A stretch of 64,000 nucleotides of DNA. Source: a candidate division WOR-3 bacterium. GTDB taxonomy: Bacteria; Hydrothermota; Tepidihabitantia; B3-TA06. The translations under genes were made by a program, and so were the position numbers. The notes beneath the pieces are model-generated. The model saw only the letters and a program-made list of their open reading frames with translations. It had not been told where the DNA came from and ran no database searches. Below, one piece after another: positions 28,733-36,374 of this stretch. The first letter of the stretch is position 1; each line of letters begins with the position of its first letter. Location: contig CBFGKC010000003.1 in the NCBI GenBank assembly GCA_965649265.1, positions 1-64,000 of the forward strand, read 5' to 3'.

Positions 28733-29560
28733 ATGCCTATAAGAAAGCCCCGATGGGCAGCTCAGTTTTATCCCGAAGACCCACGGGAGGCGCAAAAGCT
28801 CTGGGACGGCTTCTTTCAAAGATGCGGGCAATCGAGAATCGAGGAGCCCATTCGGGCAATCCAGGTTCCGCACGCGGGATGGGTATATTCCGGTCAATGT
28901 GCTGCCGAAGCGTATAATCAACTAAAAAAACGTAACATAGAAACGGTTGTCATGATTGGGCCTCAGCACCACGTCATGGCTCGCTCCATTCAGGTTTTTC
29001 CGGAGGGGATGTGGGAGTCGCCGCTCGGTAATCTTCATGTGAACTCGGAAATCACCACCCGGTTTCTTGATTATGACCCCATATTCCAGGTAGATATCTC
29101 CGCCCACCAGGCGGAGCATTCGCTGGAGGTTCAAATCGCCCCCCTCTGCTTAGTGCTACCCAAGGTCAAAATAGTTCCGCTGCTAATGCCTCCCTACCGC
29201 GGAAACTCCATTCAGATACTTTCAAGGGCGCTTTCGAAAATCGTCGCTGCAAGTGCTAACATAGCTGTACTTGTATCAACAGATCTCTACCACGGGGAAT
29301 CCTACCGAGACTGCCAGGAATCCGACGCCGCGACTATAAGTTACGTATCTGCTCTTGATACGTCCGGTCTGGCAAGGGCTATTGGCTCGGGCGAGGCCGC
29401 CGCCTGCGGAGGCGACGCTCTTTTAGCTTTTCTTGAAGCATCAAAAGACCTGGGTATTAATAAGTCACATCTTCTTGCCGCTTACAACTCAAACGACATC
29501 CTGGGCGTTCGCGGCGGGTACGTTGTTGGATACAGTTCATTCGCCTTTACTGGAGGATAA
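28733..29560 (+). CDS. amrB: AmmeMemoRadiSam system protein B (MEMO1 family)
   Basis: PHAGWVYSG, GPQHH, EHSLEVQ, STDLYH, ACG, VVGY; GGAGG RBS before ATG 28733. Confidence 0.88.
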   Translation: MPIRKPRWAAQFYPEDPREAQKLWDGFFQRCGQSRIEEPIRAIQVPHAGWVYSGQCAAEAYNQLKKRNIETVVMIGPQHHVMARSIQVFPEGMWESPLGNLHVNSEITTRFLDYDPIFQVDISAHQAEHSLEVQIAPLCLVLPKVKIVPLLMPPYRGNSIQILSRALSKIVAASANIAVLVSTDLYHGESYRDCQESDAATISYVSALDTSGLARAIGSGEAAACGGDALLAFLEASKDLGINKSHLLAAYNSNDILGVRGGYVVGYSSFAFTGG

Positions 29561-29563
29561 GTC

Positions 29564-30121
29564 ATGGAAGAAGAATGCCTTACGTCAAAAGAGCGTGCCG
29601 AGCTGCTCCACATTGCCCGAACCTCCATCAAGGAAAGGCTCGCAGGCAAGAATTGGAACCCCTCCAAACCCCTGACCGCCCGTCTGGGTGAAAAACAGGG
29701 CGCGTTCGTCACCCTCCACATTCGCGGTATGCTTCGCGGCTGCATAGGTTACATCGTGGCTTACAAGCCGCTCTACCTGACCGTTGCCGAAATGGCGCGC
29801 TCTGCCGCGTTCGGCGACCCACGTTTTCCCCCTCTCACACCCGCCGAGTACCCTAAAATCGACATCGAAATCACCGTTCTTTCGCCAATGCGTCAGATAG
29901 ACAATCCTAATGAAGTCCAGGTCGGCAAGCACGGGCTCCTTGTTCGCAAGGGGCCTTACCAGGGGGTCCTGCTGCCCCAGGTTCCGGTCGAAGAAGGCTG
30001 GGACCGCGAGACGTTTCTTGCCCACACCTGCCGTAAGGCAGGCCTGCCCTCCTCCTGTTGGCGCGACGAGGACACCGAACTCTTCGTCTTCTCGGGTGAG
30101 GTCTTCGGGGAGAAGGAATAA
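29564..30121 (+). CDS. amrA: AmmeMemoRadiSam system protein A (AMMECR1 family)
   Basis: GAFVTL, LRGCIG, AAFGDPRF, LLPQV, CRKAG. Confidence 0.92.
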   Translation: MEEECLTSKERAELLHIARTSIKERLAGKNWNPSKPLTARLGEKQGAFVTLHIRGMLRGCIGYIVAYKPLYLTVAEMARSAAFGDPRFPPLTPAEYPKIDIEITVLSPMRQIDNPNEVQVGKHGLLVRKGPYQGVLLPQVPVEEGWDRETFLAHTCRKAGLPSSCWRDEDTELFVFSGEVFGEKE

Positions 30122-30125
30122 AAAA

Positions 30126-30995
30126 ATGGAAAAGAAAAGATCTAAACCTAAAGAAATCGCCCAACAATTAAGAACTCATTTGAAAGAACTCGAAGAAATC
30201 AAAGTAAGCTTCGGTTCACCGTCTTCCAAATATGCCTATAAGGAAAAAGAAGCATTGGAAAAGTGGGTTTCCAAAGTCGAGAACTATTTGAAAGCTGTTG
30301 GACTAAGACAAGAGGTTTCAGACTTCAAACAGGAAATCATGAAAGGTAGTTATGTAGGTGATTGGTGGAGTTATGAGAGTGTAACGGCAAGTCGAGCAGA
30401 AAAAACGTTGGAAATAGTATTACCACAATTTCAAAAGCTCATAGAAGAAATCGAAAACTACAGGGATGATTTCTTGCCTCAAGAACAAAAGGGGAAAACT
30501 GCTGCGATTATAACTCGTACTCCAGAGAAAGAAATAAAGAAAGAGGGAGCGCAAAAAATAGTTGGTGATAAAGTTTTCATCGTGCATGGTCATGATAAAG
30601 CCAACCTTTACGAGTTGCGTGACTTGCTAGAAAAACGTTACGAACTTCAGTGCACAATAATGATGTGGAAGCCGGGGAGGGGTCGTACTCTTATTGAGAA
30701 ATTCGAGCAAGAAGCTCGGAATGTGGGTTTCGCATTCGTCTTGATGACGCCGGATGATTTAGTCAAAGTTGAAGGGAATGATGAAGAGTATACACAGGCA
30801 AGACCGAACGTCATCTTTGAACTTGGTTGGTTCTATGGTAGGCTAGGACGCAACCGGGTCTGCATTATTTTCAAGAAGGGTGCAAAAATCCACTCGGATC
30901 TCGAGGGCATTTCTCGTATTGAATTCGATGATTCGTTGAGAGATAAAACCTTAGAAATAGAGGACGAACTCCGCGCCGCAGGGCTGATAAAGTAA
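30126..30995 (+). CDS. TIR-like (CAP12/PycTIR-type) nucleotide-binding domain protein
   Basis: KVFIVHGHD, TLIEKFE, FAFVLMTPDD, ARPNVIFELGWF, SDLEG; start reassigned to MEKKRSK; visibly AT-richer than neighbours. Confidence 0.85.
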   Translation: MEKKRSKPKEIAQQLRTHLKELEEIKVSFGSPSSKYAYKEKEALEKWVSKVENYLKAVGLRQEVSDFKQEIMKGSYVGDWWSYESVTASRAEKTLEIVLPQFQKLIEEIENYRDDFLPQEQKGKTAAIITRTPEKEIKKEGAQKIVGDKVFIVHGHDKANLYELRDLLEKRYELQCTIMMWKPGRGRTLIEKFEQEARNVGFAFVLMTPDDLVKVEGNDEEYTQARPNVIFELGWFYGRLGRNRVCIIFKKGAKIHSDLEGISRIEFDDSLRDKTLEIEDELRAAGLIK

Positions 30996-31013
30996 TTCCC
31001 TTAAAAAATCAGG

Positions 31014-31400
31014 CGAGGGCTCTCTTCGCTCGCCCTTCGGAGCTTCGGTCATCTTCGATGACGCTCGCAATGACTTTTTTTCACTCTCACCTAGATAACG
31101 TAGGGGCCAACCTCAGCGTGCCCCTTGGGATAAACTTTATCCCATAGGGCATTAGGTCGGCCCGAAGAAGACTCCGGGCCGGTTTGAAAACCGGCCCCTA
31201 CATTTTCTCGCTCCCTTACTCAACCCTCTGGCCACGTTGGGGGCACTCTGTCCAGAGAGGAGAGGTATGCTCTAGACGAGCGATTGCCGAACGTGAGCGT
31301 TCGGCCCATGCGACTCATAGTCGTTAACCCTCCCCCCTCCGTCGAGGGGGGGGATTTGTTTTTTCGGTCAAACGTAGGGGCATGCCGTCCACCAGGGAGG
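31014..31400. repeat. Mosaic of REP-like palindromes (BIME-like)
   Basis: GTAGGGGCCAACCT...GGTCGGCCC (31100-31164), inverted GGGCCGGTTT-GA-AAACCGGCCCCTAC (31176-31201), CTCGCAATGAC and C/G-tract hairpins. Confidence 0.65.
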
Positions 31401-31414
31401 GAGATTTACGTTTT

Positions 31415-32011
31415 CTAGAACCCCAATCTTAAACCTGCGGAGACGCCGTGTCCATCAAAAGCGAAATATGGAGAGAGATCGACAGGTATGTAGGATTTGC
31501 CATCGTCGGGGGGAGGGGGTGTGGGCGTCATAACTCGGGGATGCGTCAGTTTATACCCCAGCCAGGAGCCGAGCGCGGGCAGGAGTATCGTAGTGCCTGC
31601 TGCAAGGGCTGCGCGAGGCCATGTCATAGAATCCAGAAGCATAACCGCGAAAGGCACAGATGCGGCGGACCCGACCCATGCGCCGAGCGCCGCACCCCAT
31701 TCGGAGCGTATGTCAGCCGCGAGGTAAGCCGAGCCGATTACGCCGGTGTAGGAGCCGAGAGGGATGAAGAGCCCGTAGCCGAGCCCGAAAAGCTCTGCTG
31801 CGCCGATGATATCGAGCACCTGGTCGAGCGAATCCGAAAGCACCGCTTTCGAGCCGAGTTCCCAAATGGCGTAGATTCCCCAGGCGGTCGCGCCGCCTAC
31901 CGCGCTCCCAACCATGCCCATCGGAGGCTCTAGCCATTCTCTTCCTGACGTCACGTCCGGAGAAGCCGGCTCGATCTGGCTGAGTAGGATCATGACTATT
32001 AACGTATTCAA
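31415..32011 (-). CDS. Hypothetical Gly/Ala-rich membrane protein
   Basis: Hydrophobic GxxxG helices; terminal SAGLRLGF. Confidence 0.6.
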   Translation of the reverse strand: MNTLIVMILLSQIEPASPDVTSGREWLEPPMGMVGSAVGGATAWGIYAIWELGSKAVLSDSLDQVLDIIGAAELFGLGYGLFIPLGSYTGVIGSAYLAADIRSEWGAALGAWVGSAASVPFAVMLLDSMTWPRAALAAGTTILLPALGSWLGYKLTHPRVMTPTPPPPDDGKSYIPVDLSPYFAFDGHGVSAGLRLGF

Positions 32012-32307
32012 GATTCCTCCATCTCGTAGAGTCCTTCCGCAACCTTCTTGATCGTGACCTCGGGCCTCGGAAGCCTCAGAAGACCTGTGAAACCGTTCGC
32101 GTCAATATGCCAGTGCTGGTGCGGATACTCCGGTCCCTGACAGGTGCAGTCGATGGCTCCTACCTTTGTCTTGAATTCCTTCCCCTTGAATCTCAAGGTA
32201 AAGCTCTTTCCTGCGTCCGGAAACAGCTTCACCTTGTCCTTAAGGATAAGGATAAAACCTTCCTTGACCTCGGTCGTCGATAGTTTGCGTCTATAGATGT
32301 CCGCCAA
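32008..32307 (-). CDS. Hypothetical small protein
   Basis: AGGAG RBS with TTG start; CTCQGPEYPHQH possible metal site; overlaps next gene by ATGA. Confidence 0.6.
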   Translation of the reverse strand: MADIYRRKLSTTEVKEGFILILKDKVKLFPDAGKSFTLRFKGKEFKTKVGAIDCTCQGPEYPHQHWHIDANGFTGLLRLPRPEVTIKKVAEGLYEMEES

Positions 32308-32319
32308 CTTGAATACTCC

Positions 32320-33807
32320 TTATTTTACAAATACGAACTTGCCCGATCCCGAACGACCGCCAGTTTCCAGTCTGAAGAAGTATACGCCTCCCGGGATCGC
32401 AGGCTCTATCACGATTGTCCCGTCCGTTGCGCAATCCTTCGAGAAGACGCGGCTGCCTGATACGTCATAGAGAGTCAAGCTGTACGTGCAGGAAGGCTCC
32501 AGGTCACGGAAAACTATTCTTCCGTTTCCGACAGAAGGAGCAAGAGGGAAGGTATGGTCACGCTTGATCAACTCTTCAACGCCGACCTCGGCTGTAAGCG
32601 CCTGGTTGGAATTCATACGCAGTATCTTGCCGACATCCGAGTCTATTGTATCGGCACCCTCGATTATCGCGTTCCAGATTTGCTGGTTTGAATACTCAGG
32701 ATGCGCGCTCCATATAAGCGCGGCAAGGGCCGCTATCTGAGGTGTCGTGAACGATGTCGCCTGGACTCCGCCGTAGCCACCGCCGAGCGTGGTCGACATG
32801 CCGCCCGGCGCGAAAATGTCAACCTTAGAGCCGTATCTGGAACCCGACCAGCGATTGTCCGAAGCGTCGGATGCTCCCACTCCCATAACCTTATCGTAAG
32901 CTGCCGGATATAGAACGTTGGTGTCACCTGAGTTGCCGACGCCGGCGCAAATGAAAAGTCCCCTATCCCACACGTCGTTTATAGCATTCTCCATCGGAAA
33001 GTAACTCGGGCCTTCAATGCTCATGCTAATTACTTTTGCTCCGTTGTCGGCCGCGAAGTAAATAGCTTCCACCGCCCAGCTGAGGTACATGGCTCCGGTA
33101 CTGTCTGCGATTCGCAGCATCATTGCAGAGGCTTGCCCTGCGGTTCCGGCAATACCCTTGGCGTTGTCCATTCTTGCGGCGGCTACTCCTAAGACTGACG
33201 TTCCATGCCCGATGTGATCGGAGACGTCGGTGTTACCGAGCGCGAAGTTACGCCCCGGAACAAGGTTCTCCTTGATGTCCTCGTGGGTGGTGTCGACGCC
33301 GGTATCTACAAAGGCGATGGTTACACCCTCGCCTTTTGTGGTGTTCCACGCGGTGTTAGTCTCTGTAATCGGCTTGTCCCACTGCTCGGAATAGCGCGGA
33401 TCGTTGGGTGTATAGGGGAGTGGGGTGTCGAAATTCATGTTAATATCTCCCGGGTACGCATCCCACCCCTTGGCGAGATATAGCATTGCGTTGGGTTCAA
33501 CAAACTCGACACCGGAAACGGTTTCTAGCGCTTCAAACAAATCATTCGTGCCGTTTTCGATTTTCGCGACATAGAGATCACCAGCCGCGTCAAGTGTTTG
33601 AGGGGAGGGGGAGGGGTAGTTAATAAGCGGCCTGACCGTTATCCCGTACATGTCGGCGAACCCTTCGAGAGCCGAAAAATCCCTTGTTTTTACGATTGAC
33701 TCGGAGTCGCGTTTGGATGCTGTCGGTACGCCTGGGATCGTCGACCCCGCAGTAAGGATTGCCGGAATCCATGAGCTAAATAACAGAAAGAACGAAAAAC
33801 TTTTCAA
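32320..33807 (-). CDS. Secreted S8 (subtilisin/thermitase-like) serine protease with T9SS-type C-terminal domain
   Basis: FVDTG (Asp), GHGT (His), GNSG, TSFTTP (Ser); C-terminal GGVYFFRL...GKFVFVK. Confidence 0.9.
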   Translation of the reverse strand: MKSFSFFLLFSSWIPAILTAGSTIPGVPTASKRDSESIVKTRDFSALEGFADMYGITVRPLINYPSPSPQTLDAAGDLYVAKIENGTNDLFEALETVSGVEFVEPNAMLYLAKGWDAYPGDINMNFDTPLPYTPNDPRYSEQWDKPITETNTAWNTTKGEGVTIAFVDTGVDTTHEDIKENLVPGRNFALGNTDVSDHIGHGTSVLGVAAARMDNAKGIAGTAGQASAMMLRIADSTGAMYLSWAVEAIYFAADNGAKVISMSIEGPSYFPMENAINDVWDRGLFICAGVGNSGDTNVLYPAAYDKVMGVGASDASDNRWSGSRYGSKVDIFAPGGMSTTLGGGYGGVQATSFTTPQIAALAALIWSAHPEYSNQQIWNAIIEGADTIDSDVGKILRMNSNQALTAEVGVEELIKRDHTFPLAPSVGNGRIVFRDLEPSCTYSLTLYDVSGSRVFSKDCATDGTIVIEPAIPGGVYFFRLETGGRSGSGKFVFVK

Positions 33808-33917
33808 GTGGCCTCCTTGGTTTGCTGATATCAGTTTATGCGCAGGACAGAATCTGTCAATGCTGCAGTGCAGGGAGGAGAGTCAATCCAGTGTACTGCC
33901 GGGAAGCATGCTCAAGA

Positions 33918-34328
33918 TCATTTCGGCCTGTACAGTAATCCAGTAAGGAAACCAAGCAGGGTCATCTCCAGAATCCCGGACAGCAAAAGGTAAAGGAATG
34001 AACCTACGGGCATCTGGAACATCGCAAAGGATGCCGCTGCGTTCATGACTACCCTGAAGAAACTTAACATAAGGCCGAAGATAAGACCCTTAACGATACC
34101 TGACGACGTCGGCAACGACGGATAGAGGAGAGCGAAGAAGAAGACAATGACAAGTCCGGAGATGATGTCAGTAACTATTCCGACAGGCATCAGGAATTGT
34201 CCTCTTGCCACAGGTTTGTAGAAGGCAAGCGCTTTTGCACCCATCGGGTTTGCGTTAATCAGGGCATCGAGCATGACGAACACAACACCTGCGATAAGTC
34301 CCACCCACAAGATGCGTAACCAGTTCAC
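33918..34328 (-). CDS. Hypothetical 4-TM membrane protein
   Basis: Four hydrophobic segments; AGGAGG RBS. Confidence 0.7.
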   Translation of the reverse strand: MNWLRILWVGLIAGVVFVMLDALINANPMGAKALAFYKPVARGQFLMPVGIVTDIISGLVIVFFFALLYPSLPTSSGIVKGLIFGLMLSFFRVVMNAAASFAMFQMPVGSFLYLLLSGILEMTLLGFLTGLLYRPK

Positions 34329-34337
34329 GATTCCTCC

Positions 34338-35297
34338 TTATTTGACGCGTGCGAGAATCCTGTGCGCGAGAAGGGTAATCCACCTTGAGGGTTCCTTCTT
34401 CTGGCAGAACTCCCAGCCCTTCCACTTCGTCCATATGGACTCAGGAGTGAAGCGTCCATCCGCGTCTGCCTTGCCCGCAAGCACTTCGACCATCTCCTTT
34501 ACCCACCTGTCTCTGCGGGCATGCGGAAAACGCGTGACGGTATCCAGAAAATGCAGGATGTCGTACCATATAAGCGGCGCCTTTATTTTTTGAAAGTCCG
34601 TGCCTATGCCGAAGAGGTAGTACTTTTTCTTACCCCTCTCCTCCCAGTGTCCGAGAAGGGTCTCTATCGCTCGCTTTGCTTCGTCCGAGTCCAAAAGCTC
34701 CGGAATCTCGGCCGTCATCCTGAGCATTATCAAGTTGGCGTAAGGGCAGGGGTCGTCCCTGCGTCCTGGTCCCCTGAACTTTCCCATTGACTCCGATGCG
34801 AAGCATGGAAATCCAACCTCAGTAATCCTCGATGTGAGATGGTTCACGCCTTTCATCACTTTTTTGTCCCTCATACCGAGGCGCAGTAAAGAGAAAAGAA
34901 CAAGCGGCGCGTCGGTCGCGACCCAGTCCCAGCGCGGCTTATCGTCCCCGCCGAACGCCTTCGGGATGACTATTTTAATCTGGAAGGGTCCCTCCTTTGA
35001 CTGGTGAGCGAGAATCGAATCAACGGCAGGTTTGAGTTCGTTCCTTTTGACCCCGATATCTGCAAGGAATACGAGCTTGTGCAGGGGATGGACGGCATCG
35101 TTGTGGCGGGTGATTGTGTATTGTCTTTCCCAATCGTTAACCTCATTGATAATCCCGGTAACCATGGGATCGGCAATCATCTCAGCGTAAGTCTTCTCAA
35201 CTTCCTTGTCTTCCTCTCCCTTGCCCACAAGATCGACAAGAGTTCTTAGTTTGACGAACGGAGGGCCTTCAAGAAGCCATTCAAGAGGCGCTTTCAC
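34338..35297 (-). CDS. Uncharacterised (alpha/alpha)-barrel protein (prenyltransferase/squalene-cyclase-repeat-like)
   Basis: LEWLLE, HQSKEG, DPCP, FGIGTDF.K.K.P, ADADGRF, PSRWITL; GTG start at 35297 overlaps upstream stop. Confidence 0.65.
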   Translation of the reverse strand: MKAPLEWLLEGPPFVKLRTLVDLVGKGEEDKEVEKTYAEMIADPMVTGIINEVNDWERQYTITRHNDAVHPLHKLVFLADIGVKRNELKPAVDSILAHQSKEGPFQIKIVIPKAFGGDDKPRWDWVATDAPLVLFSLLRLGMRDKKVMKGVNHLTSRITEVGFPCFASESMGKFRGPGRRDDPCPYANLIMLRMTAEIPELLDSDEAKRAIETLLGHWEERGKKKYYLFGIGTDFQKIKAPLIWYDILHFLDTVTRFPHARRDRWVKEMVEVLAGKADADGRFTPESIWTKWKGWEFCQKKEPSRWITLLAHRILARVK

Positions 35298-36226
35298 AGA
35301 TGTTCCTTTCCCAGGACCTGCTTGATTATCCTTAAAGAATGCAGCGTAATCCATTTTGACGGCTGGTTCTTTCTGCCGAACTCGAAATCGCTGAAGGCTT
35401 TTATTACAGATTCGGCCTTGAACAAACCTTCGGCGTCCCTCCTGTCGAGTATCGTGCGAGCGACGTCCTTCATCCGTTTGTCCTTGCGCGCCCCGGGAAA
35501 GCGTGAGAGAATAGAAGCGTAAGCAAGTATATGGTATCCTACAAGCGGGTACTTAAGATTCGAGAAGCGGGAGCCTATACCGAAACCCATGCCGGGCTGC
35601 TCGGGGATTGGCAGTTTTGTCTCCCAGTGCCGAAGAACGAATTCGAAGGCTCGTTCAGCGGACTTGGAGCTTGAACGTTCCTTGTTAAAAGACAATACCC
35701 ACAACGCATGAAGGGTGGCATGCGGGCAGGAAGGGACGCCTTCCTTTTTTCCCCCTGGAAGGGTATTGACGCCGTGCAGCCATCCGCCGTCGAGCCGCTG
35801 GATCGACAAGAGGTGCTCAATTCCCTTTTCTATTCTTTCCGCGCCGTTTTCTCCAAGAGCAATGAGAAGCCCAAGCGCTTCGGCATGTCCGCATGGAATT
35901 TTCTTACCGTAGTACGATTTGAAACCGCCGTCGAGCGTTTGGCGGCTCGAGATAAGTTCCATTGACTTCAGTATGCGTTTGTCTGCGTCCTTATAACCGA
36001 AATCGGCGAGTGCGACAAGGGGGTCCAGGCGTCCGTTTCCGTAGAACCCCCCATCCTCGTCCTGCATCGAGAAAATCTTTCTAACCGAGGGGTCCTCCGT
36101 AATTCTCTCCTTCGCTTTCCTTACTTCTCTGTCCGTCTCTTGACTGTCCAGAAGCCATATCAGTGTGCGGTAGCGGACTGCGGGTTCCGATTCCTCCAGC
36201 AACCAATCTACGGTTTTCTTATTCAT
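35294..36226 (-). CDS. Paralogous (alpha/alpha)-barrel protein with QW-like repeats
   Basis: VDWLLE, QDEDGGF, QTLDGGF, QRLDGGW, PSCP, FGIGSRF..LKYP, PSKWITL. Confidence 0.7.
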   Translation of the reverse strand: MNKKTVDWLLEESEPAVRYRTLIWLLDSQETDREVRKAKERITEDPSVRKIFSMQDEDGGFYGNGRLDPLVALADFGYKDADKRILKSMELISSRQTLDGGFKSYYGKKIPCGHAEALGLLIALGENGAERIEKGIEHLLSIQRLDGGWLHGVNTLPGGKKEGVPSCPHATLHALWVLSFNKERSSSKSAERAFEFVLRHWETKLPIPEQPGMGFGIGSRFSNLKYPLVGYHILAYASILSRFPGARKDKRMKDVARTILDRRDAEGLFKAESVIKAFSDFEFGRKNQPSKWITLHSLRIIKQVLGKEHL

Positions 36227-36374
36227 TGAAATTGACCACTTCTGGAGTATCTCTAAGTTTACAAAGTTGTCAAGGGGATAATCATATTACTTCAAATCAG
36301 GTATATTCTTAAAGCACTAAACAAGTGTGAATCAACAATCGATCTTTTCGCGTTATGCGCGAAAAGCAGCATGC

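Noticed and set aside
28733-30121. Missing AmmeMemoRadiSam radical SAM gene
   Set aside because: The third component is often encoded elsewhere; not informative from one window
29910-30125. N-terminal 72 aa of the 361-aa ORF
   Set aside because: Overlaps amrA in another frame; the real start is more plausibly ATG 30126
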